Assembly: GCA_965153455.1 (NCBI GenBank)
Contig: OZ234493.1
Coordinates: 28,882,213 to 28,946,212 of the forward strand
DNA length: 64,000 nucleotides
DNA from: Sphagnum compactum
Taxonomy: Eukaryota
Direction: 5' to 3'
Part shown: positions 1 to 13,724 of the stretch, piece by piece
How the letters are laid out: the number at the start of each line of letters is the position of its first letter
Numbering within the stretch: position 1 is the stretch's first letter
Translations under genes and position numbers: made by a program
Notes under the pieces: model-generated
The model's input: only the letters and a program-made list of their open reading frames with translations
Databases searched by the model: none
What the model was told of the DNA's origin: nothing

Positions 1-1551
1 TGAGAAAGAAGTGACATGATGTCACAAAATTATGGGCATACATGAAAGACAGCTGCACAGGTGAAGATGGGTTAATGATTTCAGCAGCTGTTGACATACC
101 TCAAAAAGTTTGATGGATGTATCAGCACTACCAGTGGCCACAAGGCGCCCGTCTGGGCTGAACCGTGCACAGCGGGCAATGTTCTGCAGAACATCATCAT
201 CCCCCAGGCCCTACCTTTAGTGCAGTGTTCAGAAGAGTGAAAGAAGAACAAACAAAACTAGGATGAGAATACTCAGGGAATACTCTGAAAGCGTAATAGT
301 CAGGACATATCTCATACTGGACTTGTTCCTTTTGTGCAAAGAAGGATAAAGGCTAGAGCTTTTAATAGACTCATTGAAATGTGCATGACTCTTTCTATAT
401 TCCACAAAACTCAAAATGCAAAATCCTTAGTACAAAAACCCACAGGTGAAATGATCATATGGAAGGGAATGTAGTTTTACCTTGTGCTCTGAAACATGCC
501 GAGAGTCATGCTTTGCAAAGCTCTTTGGAGTCCCTTGGTTGCCTGCACTGAGCTGCCCCAATATTCGATAAGACCATCAACTTTTCCACTACAAAACCGC
601 AGTATTGCAATGGAATTCTTGACCTTGGGTATAGTCTAAGAACATGAAAAAAAACTGCAGAAAAGAATAGAAGATGGTGCTGAGCAGTTTTCCACATCAG
701 GCCAAGTTCTCACCTAAAATCCAACAATGTTTTCGGAATAATAGGTACAGGTCCATAGCCAGCTAAAGTTGTTCCACCACCACCACCTCCACCCTTGTCT
801 AGAGAAGCAAGGGGCACTGCCATTTTTGCTGATTCATCCCTCTCTCCAGACAAACCCTGCACAAAAAAGCTGCCACTTGATTTTTCCTACTCAACAACAA
901 CACAATCCACTGTTGTTGTTTCAAAACCAATTTTATTGATATAAACAGCTGTGATGGTCCCCAAGCAAATGTAGAATAGCAAGAAATGTCATACCTTACG
1001 AACAAGGTCCAAGAGCTTATTGGGGGGCACTTCAGTATGCAAAGGTGTCATTGTTGCATTTGACACTGCTATGGCTGCCTGCAGCATTAAAACATCCACC
1101 CCATTTCAATACACACCAAGCATCTCTTCCAACTTCTTCTCCAAAACACATTCAGGATCTTGCTAAACTAGAACCAAAAATAAGAGAAATAAGAAAAAAT
1201 AAAATTAAAAATTAAAAAAAACTCTCCTAAACCCTAAACACTCCACTTCATTCCAAAACACGTAACAGTAGAGCACGGGGAAACAAAAACAGCAGCAGCA
1301 ACAGGACACCACTAGTAAAAACAAAAAACATAGCAAAAGAGACAGACATATTCAACAAAAGAGCGTGTGTGTAGCAACAACACGTGAGAGAAAGAGAGAA
1401 AAAAGGAAACGAAACAAACAAACAGGAGACGAGGAGTTGTTACTTGATTGAGATTATTTTCCCGCAAGTGCCCAACGATGAGCGCCATAACATGTCGTTG
1501 CAACGCACCCTCCTGCTGCTGCTGTTCCCCGCCTCCCCCTACCATTCCCAT
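1..1551 (-). CDS. CSTF50: Cleavage stimulation factor 50 kDa subunit (CstF-50), 5' exons; gene continues past the left edge
   Basis: Exon 1551-1444 MGMVGGGGEQQQQEGALQRHVMALIVGHLRENNLNQ and exon 1078-995 AAIAVSNATMTPLHTEVPPNKLLDLVRK form the N-terminal dimerisation region. Later exons encode KHDSRHVSEHK (~480-510) and WD40 NIARCARFSPDGRLVATGSADTSIKLFE (~100-187). GT-AG boundaries; matches plant CstF-50 as I recall it. Confidence 0.88.
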
Positions 1552-3472
1552 CGTCCCCCCCCCCCCACCGTGCCTTGGTCTCTTGTTCTCTTCTCTTCTC
1601 TTCTTCTCGTCCCTTCGAAGGAACAAAGAGAAGAAGAAGAAACGAATAAGAAGGGTTAGGGTTAGGGTTTGTCCGATTGAAGAAGGAATCGAAGAAGAAG
1701 AAGAAGAATTAGGTCATTACGCTTCTTAATTGGGCGGTTACCTGAGTTTGTTTTATAAGCCTCTGGTGCCGGTTATTCAAACTCTGGAAATCTTGTTGTT
1801 CCAGTTTCAAGAAAATTCAGAATCAAAGAACCTTCAATTCCAGTTTTTTTTGGGTCGGAAAGCCTCAAAGAGAACCCTGTGCTTTTCACGAAATAATTGG
1901 CAAAGAACTAGCAGAAGGTTACATGAAGGTTATTAGATCTTTTTGAGAACTGCAATTCCATATCAGAATCACTCCACAACCATGCTATCATGGATGATTA
2001 AAACATATAAATTCATTTTTCATGCATTTTTCATTCAAATCAAGTCACACAAGATCCACTTCTCATCCATTGTAGACTGCAATCAAGTTCACAGTTTACA
2101 CCGGTGTTCTGATTGTATCTGGTTTAGGACTTAAAAGTCTATGTAAGTGTAAATGCCATAATGAAATTTATTTGCACACCATGTAAACGTATAAGGTCCA
2201 TTTATACCCATGTCAGTGCAATTGTATATCACAGACAAATACACTTATGCAACTTTCTGCAGCTTTGTAAAAACACACCACTTCTGGTCTTCATTTTATG
2301 AGCAGTCCTTTTTCATGAGCCAGCCAGCCCAAGAATTGGGCACAAGAATAGTGACATCTAGGTGACCACATCACTCTTGGGTCCTCAGTGTGTAACTAAC
2401 ACCAATGGGCCCAAGCCAATGACACTCTGATCAGAGTCATGAAACCCTAGTAACACATTGTCAAGTAAATATGAACTTGTGAATAACTTCAACTGTACCA
2501 ACATTGCACACATATCATAAACATTCAGATGTTTGTCCAATAGATGTTTGTATCCTTTTACAACACCAGATCAATTTTGGGAACAATGTCAACACTAGTC
2601 CTTCAGAAAACATCTTGCAGCTGAGCATTGAATTTTGATACAATGCCCTTTCCACTACAGAACAAACAGAAGCAAAGAGAAAGCTCATGAATTGGCCCTT
2701 GATGCAAAACAATGGAAATCCTTTTTTTCTTACCTTTTTGTTCACATTGATACCTTGTCCAACTCCCTCTTTGAGCTTAGAACAAAAAATAAGCACCTCA
2801 GTCAAACGAATCAATAGCATAAGGCATTGCATTTTCATTTTCCCTCTCTAAAAGAGGTGAGAGGTACTTGCATGTAGTTGTGTACAAGCCATCATCCAAT
2901 TCAGGTAAGACTTGCACAGCTCATTGCAAAAAAGTACCTTCATATGAGAATCTCTATATGACTGAATGGTCAAAAGTCATCACTGGCTGCCAGTGGAAAA
3001 CATGAACGTACAAGGTATTACACTTGATCTTCAGATCTCCAAGTTGTGTTTCAAGCCCCTGCTCCGTCCATTTGCTTAGGTAACTCATGGATACTGCTGA
3101 CAGTAATGGAATCCTTACCACTAGATCAGCCCAAAACTGAGAATGCAATAATTACAGAGAAATTTGGGATTCCTATACGCCAGGTAGTGTTGGCAACCTG
3201 TATGTTCAATTTTGTTTCTTTTTTGATTTCCTTCCAAAACCCTGCTTGACAGGTGGGTCAGCAGCTTGTTGAAGAGATTCATCAGATACACCCTTGCCTG
3301 TATTGCCAGCATCATCAGTTGCCTCTTCACTGCAAATGAGCATCAAGAATGGCATCTTAGGTCTTCCATTGAAAGCAAACTCAATTGTGAAACAACCTCT
3401 GAAAGCTCATGGATTTGCATTTCAAAAACTTCCAGGGAACTTAGCAATGAATATTTGCATTTATGATAGAAC

Positions 3473-6400
3473 TCACTTGGGATCTTTCAATAGCTCAAGT
3501 TGCTCTATTGCTGTCTTGGCTGCATACAGCATCATCTTCTTCACCTGCATACAATTCAAATTTTACCATGAGTTTGCTATCCTATATGAAAGGTTTCATA
3601 CTTTGAGGTTTCAACTAAAACACAAGAAAGGCCTCACCTCTAGTTTATCTTCTTTTGCTCGATGATCCATAGGAAGCAGACGGAATTCCTCTGTCAGCTT
3701 AAGGCATTCTTGTACATTTTCAGGAGACACAAAATCGAGAGCAACCTTAATGCATGACTGCATCATCCACCACACACATAATGGTAAGAGAGGGAGAAGG
3801 CCACTTCATTGTAATTCAAATGTACCTCCCTGAACATTTCTCGCAGTTTTAAACTATACAGAATGGTTTAATACAGCTTATAATACAGTTTAAATCTGTA
3901 CAAGTATGTTCAAAGGTAAACTTGATCAATTTTGACCTCCTGAAACTTGTTTAGGTTCCAAAATGTAAGTAATGGCTTTCCAATTGTGAGGATAAGAACT
4001 TTAGGGGTAGTCTTGTCGTCTTGTCCATTAGGATGCATAAGGTATCATGGACAATCTGACAATATAAGCACCTCGACAACACTCTCACCTTCAAGTTGCG
4101 AACTTGATGAGGACAACCAGCAGGAATGAAGACTGCTTCACCATAATCCTGCTCAAAAGTCCATGCTTCAATTCCTGCAAACAATATTGCAAGTCAGAAT
4201 CCATCAAATAGTACGACAGAAAAGGTCGCCTTAGCAAGGCACCAGCAAATACTACGGTCGTGAGAAAACCATTTCCACTACTGAAATTTGAGAGCCAACA
4301 TGCTGGGGGATCTGTGTAAATCACCTAACAGTAAAGATGTCGAAGAGACTCAGCACATTCTGTGTATGATACCAACTTTGGATTCAACACTAATTTCAGC
4401 TAGTTTGGAAAATTGAGACTGCTCTAACCATGCTGTTGGGCAGAACAGAGCCACTATCTCCCTTTCAAGAATTCCAAACCAAATTCCTGTTCTCTCAAAA
4501 TCAGAGTAGATTGAGGCAACATGAAGATGAATTCAGACAATAATATTGACTTACCAAATTCCTCCTTTAACTTTCTCTTGTGCTCTTCATCCAAGAAAAA
4601 GGTTTGATCATGAATAGGGTGTGTAATCTGCCAATGGATTCCCAAGGGAAGTGAAATCAGGACTGCCATGAAGGCCCAAGTCAAATGAGTCTCAAAGAGG
4701 GATGAACTTTCAATCATGGTTAAAGGAAGCTTAGTGTACAGTGTAACAGAAGACTTAGAAGGGATCTTACAGATGGTACAGGCTTGCCATCTAAGTGCAG
4801 AAACTCCTTCCAGTGAATTCTCAAGTACTCCTTCAACTTTGGCACATCTTGTCGTCGAAATATGTCCCACAATGCCCCTCCATATTGGGCTCTGTCCTGA
4901 CCATTTGACAGTGACTCAGTTGCTGCACTCACTCCATTTCCCACTCCTTTGTTAGTCTCAGTGTGTAGGCATTCAATTCCAACTTCCATCGATGACTTCC
5001 CATTGTCAGGCTGTGCACTGGCACCATCCCTGGACCCTGTAAATAAGAGGGTTATCTTACCATTTGCAGGTAGTCCACTGTCCCCATTTGATTCCAATTT
5101 GCTGGATAAAACAGCATCTTGTATTTCTCTGTTGTTATCAATGGGCTGTTCAGTTCCAGCTCCAACTAGTGAGCACTTTTCAGAGTCCTTTGAACAAGGA
5201 GCCACATCTGTTTTGCCCACAGCACTTAAAGAATCCCTGCAGTCTGGTGTTGAGACTGGTTCATCCTTAGCTTCCTCCATATTATGGGCCTCACTTCTCT
5301 TGCTTTTCTTGAAGTCCTGAAGAAGTTTTTTTATCCTATTTTGTTGACGATAAGGATACTTGATCTCTGCAGTGTGTGTGAGAACATTCACCTGGTACAT
5401 TCCAACCTCTATTAAATTTGGGAACTGCTGTAAAAGACATGTTTTGGCATATAAGCAGGTTTGAAAGTCTGTATAGCAGCAACAGATAGAAGGAATGGCT
5501 CCAGAGGGCTCTATGCTTTCCTGCCAAAAAAACCTTTGAAGACTTATAAGCCTTGACAGCAAGCATCTTACCGCATCAGACATGTCACAGTGCAACTTGG
5601 TCACTGAATCACCTTTGCCAAGCTCCTCCTTAAGACCATATGCAATGTATGTTTTAGGACCCAAATCAGGTTTTATGGCATCTTTTGGTAACAGAGCAGC
5701 TAAATTGAGAAGACCATCCCTAGGATCTGTGTATTCATGAAATGGTAGTGAGGCAAGAAACTCGGCTTCATGACGTGGAAGGCGCTCTTCAAAATAGTTT
5801 GAGGGTGGCCAATCCTTGAGCTTCAACATTTCAGGCCATCCTCCAGGTTGAAGACGGCCTTCCTCATAGCCAGCAAAGAACTGATGAATATTGATCTCCA
5901 CCTGCAGTATGAAGCCTTAGCATCATATGTCTGTTATTATGGCACCCTATAAATCTGATTTGTCTCAAACCAAAGATTCTCCCAGCATAGAAAGAGGATG
6001 CATTTACCTCACGCCAATCCAAGCAATCGAGAGCTTTCACACTCTTAGTCTCCTCCTTGAATTTGTTCTTTGTAGTTTCCCGTACAGCACGCCACATAAC
6101 CATGGGTTCCCAGCTGAGACCACTGCCACCTTCTAGCACGTCACGGACTATAACAGGCTCACCTTCAATCCAATGTCTCTGAAAATGCACCAGACCCTCG
6201 GCCTCAACACTTTGTCGGGTAGGGCAGAAAAGATGATTGTCATGGCCACCTACTCGGTGAGCAGCAAGACGTAAATGCTTGCCACTGTCTGGGTCAGATA
6301 AATCACAAATTGAGCAGTGCATTGAATCCTGTTCCTTCAGGTTGTGGCATGTCGCAGCAATGTTTTCCGCATCAGTTGTCAACTTTGCCAACCAGTCAGG

Positions 6401-8323
6401 CTCAAACAAAGTTTTCAACTGTAGAGTATGCAGACCACCACAACCACCTTGTGACTTTGGAGGACAAGGAATTCTGCCACCCTGACCTGCTTCCCACAAA
6501 GGTAGTGGTGCAGGAACAGCATTCACCTCCATTGTATCTGCTTCTTTAATGTCATCCTGCAGTTGCAACTTCTGTTGTGCTGATTCTGATTGGTCTCCTC
6601 CTGGTTGGTGGCCCAGACGTAGTTCACGGCTGCAAGTCAGACACAAATCATAATCACAGCCTGAGCAGTTCCTATGGTAGTCCACAATTGATGTCTTGCA
6701 ATTATCACTGCACATCCAGAAAACCACACTGGCTGCTGTTAAATCCTCACATGGCACTGTTACCAAAAACACATTGTAAGGTGAACAAACACATTATCAC
6801 TAGACCATAATCAGTGTGAAATCAAGACAAACTTTGAAAGCAGAACAAGCTAAATCACCACTCAAACACATACTGGCAGTGATGTGCCACTTACCAGTAA
6901 AGGCGCTCATCCTTAGGAATCACTGCCTGTTCCACCTTCACAGTTGATGTCCCTGCAGAGACAACATGCACATACTCAGCACACACAATAAGCCACTGAA
7001 TAATGACTACTGCCAAAAGGTGAGACAAATGGGAGAACAAGGTACGTTGTAAGCTTCGCTCCAGTTTCAGCTCCTCACGCTGCTCCTGATGAAGTTGCTT
7101 CAAGCATGGTAGCAGCTTAAGGAGCAAATGCTTCAACACTTCAAGAGTCTCCTTCCTGCTCAACTTCACAGTTTCCTGTTACCCACCATATCACTCCATT
7201 ATTATACAGTTTCATTAACAAATAAAAGCATAACACTGAACACAGCCTTCCAGGATGCTGTATGTCACTTACCCTCTTTGGTCCACAGCTCCGGAGGCAA
7301 GCCTTGCAGTTACAGTTTTCACGGCAGAAAGGGCACTCCTGTGCCACATCCTCCTCTGACAGAAGTGGGTACCTGCATTGACACAAACATCAGCATAACC
7401 TCAAACACCAGCAAATGCTCCCATACTGCCACAAGATACCCATGTACATACCAGGTTTTGATACATGCAGAGCAATAGCGCTTGCGGTCACACTTGAGGC
7501 AGTATATCACATTCTGCTTGTCACTCCTCTGACATTGATGACACATTCTGCAACTATCTTCCTTCTCCTTTGTGCTTAGCTGCAGCACCAAATCAATATA
7601 GGCACACCTCCATCAACTACTCTACCAATATCCAGTACTGCTGTTCCAAACAATAGCAGCTTTTCTACGCAATTGAAGTGTGCAAACAGCTGTGCTGTTG
7701 CTCCCCTTCTGATTAAGTAGCCAGGGCACTTCTGTAATGTAATGGCTGAGGTAAAATCCCTGCCATGGGCAAATACATCACTGAACCTGCCCCACCTTAG
7801 CTGTAGAAAAGTTGCAATAAAACACCTATACATAGAGCTTCAGAATAAAAAAGACTTGCCAAATCCAATTCAGTAAAGACTTCTTAAGACTCACCTTATT
7901 TCCACCATTTTGGAGCTTCGCATTTCCACTGTCATCGGCTGAAAATTCTTCAGGGTCAGATTCTGCAGCCCTACCAGTTGATCGTCTTTGGGACTTTCCA
8001 GACAGGGAAAGATTGTAAGACTTACTCTCCTTGTTAGCAATAACTCTCTTCCTTGCATTTGGTTTGATGTTCTCTTCAGAAATAGTAGTCTTGACCACAG
8101 GCTTCTTAGGTTTTGTGTAGGTCTGTGTTCTGTTTCTTATTTGTATGTAATGATATTCACAGAGAGAACCTTGGAATATTCTCTTGCTACAGCGCCAGTC
8201 TCTTCCATCGGACCTCCTGCACCGTTGCTCATCTGGAACCTCATCTACCACTTTCCGACGCTTTGCTGTTTTACTGCTGCCTTTCATACCACTGTTTGAT
8301 GCATCATGTGGCCGTCGCCCCAT
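3473..8323 (-). CDS. KDM3/JHDM2-group JmjC histone H3K9 demethylase (JMJ25/IBM1-like): WRC, Cys-rich RING/zinc finger and JmjC domains, about 12 exons
   Basis: WRC motif [18 protein letters not shown]...CLKC...[112 protein letters not shown] at 8323, TGA at 3475-3473, canonical splice sites. Confidence 0.93.
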
Positions 8324-8469
8324 ATCCTCAATCCTCACCTGCCATTCAAGAAGCTGATTGAATGAAGAGTTTCCAGCAAGCAATCACCTTGGTGATGCTG
8401 GCCATGTTTAGGATCTTTGATGCAAGGGCAATTAAGAGAAATTCACATCCTACCACCAGAATAATGAGA

Positions 8470-8790
8470 CAAACAAACTTTGCAGAAACAAACAACATGT
8501 GAGAATTGGATGCACATGTTTGAGAGAAGCATTTGATTCTGATGCACCTTGCAAAAAACAGAAGATGGTGGTGGTGATCAGGCTCAACAAACTTTGCAGA
8601 ATCAAACAACATGATGTGAGAATCTGATGCACATGTCTGAGAAGCATTAGATTCTCTTGATCTGATGCACCTTGCAAAAACAGAAGATGGTTGGCAGTGG
8701 TGGTGGCAAACCATGCAGGTTCAACATGTGAGAATGTGATGCACGTGTCTGAGAAGCATTTGGTTCTCTTTGATCTGATGCACCTTGTGG
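8470..8790. repeat. Imperfect tandem triplication (~115-125 bp unit) between the thioredoxin exons and the JmjC gene
   Basis: The block gatgcacatgt(t/c)tgagaagcatt...ctgatgcaccttg occurs three times (~8509, ~8626, ~8738); caaaaaacagaagatgg occurs twice. Confidence 0.8.
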
Positions 8791-9021
8791 TAGGGCACTT
8801 CAAAAAATTGAATATGCAAAATCGTCTCCTTCCTCATGTCACGAAGTACAAAATCAAAGAGGTTCCAGAAAATAGAAGAAGAAGAAGAAGAAGAAGAAGA
8901 AAACACTAGGAAGGAGGAGGCTGTGGTAAAGAGGGTTTAGATCAGAGTTAGCAAGGCAATGGCTGCTTGATTGTCTGTGATCATGGATATTGAAGAAGAA
9001 GAAGAAGAAGAAGAATCTCAC

Positions 9022-9476
9022 CTGGACTTATCAACATCAACCTCGAGGAAGGTGAGAATGTCATATTTCTTGATCAGTTCTGAGAAAACTGGGGTCATAA
9101 GCCGACATGGTCCACACCAAGTTGCTGTGAAGTCTACCACAATCTGTGGACAAAAGTTTGTAATCTTCGTATGTTTGAGAACCAGGTGCAAGAACAAAAT
9201 GAGAAGAAGACAATGGTTACTACTACTGCTACTACTACTACACCTACTCTTCTTCTTCTTCTTCTTCTTCTTCTTCTTCTTCTCGCCACAAGTTTGTTTT
9301 CTTGCCAGAAGACATACTCAAAAACAGGGAGTTGTGAATTGGATTCACACAGAGAGAGACGGAGAGAGACAGAGAGAGATGCTCACAATCTTGCCACGGC
9401 TCTTGGCATCCTGGATCTTCGTCTCCCGGAGCAGCTTGCTATTCACCATATGCACATTGCCATGATCACCAGCCAT
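9022..9476 (-). pseudogene. Thioredoxin h exons 1 and 2 (exon 3 absent), probably joined to the JmjC transcript
   Basis: Exon 9476-9387 (90 nt) MAGDHGNVHMVNSKLLRETKIQDAKSRGKI|gtgagc. Exon 9143-9022 (122 nt) cag|[40 protein letters not shown]..|gtgaga with the canonical WCGPC active site. Confidence 0.88.
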
Positions 9477-12400
9477 GGTTGCTCCAAGACCACAACGGTG
9501 CACACCCCTCGCTCCCTGCCTCCTGTCCTCTTCCTTCCTTCGTTTTGTTTTGGTTGCTGTTACATTCCCTGAGATTAAACACAAGAAGAAGAGGAGCGCA
9601 GCAGGAGTAGGAGGAGGAGGAGGAGAAGACACACGGAAGCACAACCGTTGTGGACGCGCTATGCGCACAACAACAAAACGAGATCTAAAACCAACCGCGC
9701 AAAAACTAAAAACCTCCGATAAGATTTGTACTGTATTTGGAGGAACGCTTACCCACAGCATTGGAAGAACCCGCGCTGCATTTCCGTTTTCCGTTTTCCG
9801 AATTGCCCCGGGTCGGTTTTGTTTTGTTTTTTCTTTCCCCCGCCCCACCCCACCCCCATGCGATGCCCGGAGGGCACCCTCCAGATACCCTCCGGGTATC
9901 AAAACAAATGTTTTCTAGGGAAATTTTTTAATCGTCCTTTTTATGCCATGCAATGCCCTTGGCCACGGGCATTATCAGAGTCGGGTCTACCTTGACCTTG
10001 CCTTGCTTGGGCCCGGGCCCTTATAGCAATAATGGCTATGAACTTGAGCATTTCCCTACTACACATGCACACCTTCTTCACCTTCTTCTTTGATTGAAGC
10101 CTTGTTTTATTAGCCTTTGTTAAAAATAAATAGAAAAAAAATGCGTTGACAAACTCCCAAGCTTTTCACAACAAAGCAAATTTGTGGTTAACCCATGAAT
10201 CTCCATTGCGTCATGTTCATTTAGTATATTTTACCTACCACAAATCATGAAAACCACTTATCATAACCATGATTTACACCATATTACCAAAATTATATCA
10301 TCTTCTTATGCTCTCCCTATGCTTCAACGTTCCAACAAAGAATAAAGTTTAAGGTGACACCAATGAGCTTCTTTGTAAAGATTTTTTAAAAAAAGTTTTT
10401 AAGACTATAGCATCCTAGTCTTCTACCATTTTTAAAATGTAAATAATGGAATTGCTAGTCTACATGAAAGATGAGGTCCAAGCTAGAAAAATAAATTTTC
10501 ACAATGAAGATTTGGAGCAATGTAACATTTGCATTTTTGTTTGACAAGTTTGAACATATATTCGGAGTCTAACATGAAGGTAACAACGTAACAAAATTTG
10601 AAAACTTTTGTTATATATGTGAACAACACTCATTCTCCAACCAATGTGTAACATACCTCAAACAAGTGTAAAGACAAATTCAACAAAATCAATGACAAGT
10701 ACTATGTTGAAAAGAAGAAGACCAATGTCACAAGTACATGCTCCACCTTCAAACTAAGTTTGGTATGAAAAGATTCAATTACTTGTTTGTTTGATGATGA
10801 TGATCAAAGAGTCGACACTACTTATGAAGAGACTAATGAAAGTGTTTATGAAATTCAAGAAATCCTTATATCCTCAATGATGCAAATTTCTTCATTTGGA
10901 GATGGGATTGTATTTTCAAATCTTAGTTCCAATACACTAGAAACTAGGGCATGCAAGTTATTTGGCGTCCAAGGTCAACATAATAGAAAGTTGAAAAGAA
11001 AAAAATGAAAATGAACATTATTGTTGACCTTACCAAAGAATTTTTTTTTATTGGTGTGAAAGAAGTTGAAAAACTCAAAATGGAGATGATTGAGAAAATC
11101 AATTCACAAATGTTACATGTCAATTACAACTTGCAACTATGTTTGTCAATCATGTGTTGGAAGCCAAAGAAACCAATCCTAACAATCATTAATGATCAAA
11201 TGTTCATTTAAGTTCATTACATTACTTTCGTGTTTTCGATATGGCCAAAGTTATGTTGTATAATGCCTTTGCCATGTGCGGATGTTTATTCCAATAATGC
11301 ATGTGGCCTTGGGCAGTACCTTACATGTAAAGACCTAAATTTTTTTTACCTTTGTTATTTGTGATCCATAGTCAAACAAAATTTTGTGGACAAAATTTCC
11401 ATCGTGACAGATGAATTTTACGTTTGGGAATATGTTGTCCCTTTTTCAACTTGAAAGGGTGGGCGAAAAAATGGTGTAAATCCTTGTATTTATGTATGGG
11501 AAGGGCCTATTTTAAGTAAACAATCAAACCGTCATGGACATTCACCACAAAATGGACAAAAATGAATAATTTATAAGGTCAAAAGTCTTTCAGGGTTTCA
11601 ATATCTAATTGAAAAACCAATTGACTAAAGCCTCACCATCATTCATTAAAAAAAGGTTAATTAAAATAAACTTTGATATGTACCCATGAATTCATACCCC
11701 AAAAAATTGCACCCATTTTGGTAATATTATCATATTAATAAACGTTATATAAGCTTATTGCTCAATGGTTAGGTTGATAAAATTGTGTTTAAAAATTGTG
11801 TTGATCAAGGTTTCCCTTAATTTGAAGGTTGAGCCTTTAGGGTTGTGGCCTCACGGTATAGGCCCTAAAATTAAAGGAGACCTTTGGGAGCGTGCCTTCC
11901 CCAATGTAAAAGCATGAAAGGAAATGGTGGAATATTTGCATGTGATTGACGAAAAGGTCCAACATGAGAGAATTTTCTTTGTGAGGAGGTGTTTCCAATA
12001 CAAAGATATAACCTTCAAGTGCTTTATAATGTAATACTAGGGCATGATGTAGTTGGACCAAATCGACTGGCAAGTGGCAACCCTAATTCACATACATGGA
12101 TTTGTATGTGGAACCAAGTTAGATAGTAAACATTTTAAATGTGTGAACATGATTGATATTCCTTCCTTTTCCATGGAATCCATTCAAAATGATTTTGCAA
12201 AGGATGGAAACGAAAAGCAAAACATAATGGTCCGTGGAATAAGATAAGGATGTGAGGCATCTAATCAAAATGTCATTGGAATGGCACCTACAACGAGCAA
12301 TAAGAACTCTTATGAATTTCAACATCATAAGCCTAAGCATAAACACAACCGTGTCAAAATACAACAAGATGAACAAGAGTTTCAAAGTACACCAAATGAA

Positions 12401-12664
12401 TACTTCCAAGAATTTTTTATACCGTGGGAAGACATGAAAATGAACTGCAATAACATGAGGCCCCATAACATTATGTTGCAAGGTGGATTGTGGCTGACGT
12501 CAAGATGGGAACAAGGTTATGTTGGAAGGTTGTTGAGATGATTACAGAGGTTTGAGGCTAGAATTTACACATTGGTGTTGGGTACTTTGTCAAAAGGAAT
12601 TTCCTAACTTTGAGAACACAGTTTGAGGCTAGAAGTGACATTCCATCATTCACCATCTTTGCGG

Positions 12665-12732
12665 AAAGGAATTTCCTAACTTTGCCTGTTGAAGCCCATT
12701 GTTCTCAACAGGCAAAGTTAGGAAATTCCTTT
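12665..12732. repeat. Perfect 28-bp inverted repeat with a 12-nt loop
   Basis: aaaggaatttcctaactttgcctgttga (12665-12692) and its exact reverse complement (12705-12732); a third partial arm copy at 12593-12612. Confidence 0.95.
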
Positions 12733-13724
12733 GAGTACCATTGACTGTGTATCTTGCAGCTTGCAGGTCATTCAAACAAGGGTTGCAACCAAGGTTTGTG
12801 ATTTTCTCAGACACCTGAGATTACACAGAGGTCACACCCTTTATGCAACATTTTGATAGTCTGAGCTACAGTCCTCTTCTGAGCTTTGTGGGTGGTAACT
12901 ATTCTCCCCTGCTATTGCAAACGAGGTAGTGATACTCCAGTGGAGCCATATTACTTGCAGACAAAACCCTTGTATTTACTCACTCACTCACAGGTCATGA
13001 TGTCCCACCGGATCTTCAGAAGCCTCCAGCAAAGAAGCTTTCACAGAAATCTAATTTGAACGAAGGAAAAGCATTCTGTCAAATTGCAGGCAAAATAACT
13101 CAAGTTCACATCTGCAAAACATGGAATCTAACAAAGACTGCAATTGCTTGTATTTGTTGCAATAACATGCATCATCTACAAATAGTGGAGAAAAATCCAT
13201 GCTATACAGAACTCCACATATCAAAAGACATGACACAAGCAAGCAAGCAATCAGGGAATCCAATTCACATTTCGCCAAAGAAAACTGAAAAAACCTGCAG
13301 ATTGAAAAAACAAGACTACTGTATGCCTAGCCAATCATCATAATCATCACCATCATCATCACAAGCTGCATTGCAAAGTGGAAGTTGTTGCATTATCATT
13401 CCTATCAATTCTCACCCAACAAACACATGATGCTGGTATTCCAGTAATGGCATTCTCTAACTTGAAGGACGGTGATGATCTTCCTGCAGAACCTTCATGA
13501 AGCACAATGGTCTGTTGATCTCTCACTCACAAATGTCCCGTGCAAAGCAAATTTGCGAGGGGGCTCTGAAATCATACCTTGCAATTTCTACCTTCAGATT
13601 CTAATTCCAGAAAGCTCTAAACCCTAATCCTAAGAGTATGTTCACAAGGAGGGTTTGGATGCTGAAGAACCATGATGTTTTCTGGGTGTCTAAGAAAATC
13701 AGTCTTGAAGTGACTACCAAGGGT

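Noticed and set aside
1652-1670. Telomere-like agggttagggttagggttt
   Set aside because: Only about three units in a 5' UTR/promoter; an ordinary telo-box-type element rather than an interstitial telomere.
8971-9572. Plus-strand ORFs with poly-L/F/E/T runs
   Set aside because: Produced by (GAA)n, (CTT)n and (CTA)n microsatellites; the real coding signal is the minus-strand thioredoxin.
10500-12540. Possible transposase or Helitron remnants (e.g. HIHGFV)
   Set aside because: Too degenerate to assign without a search.
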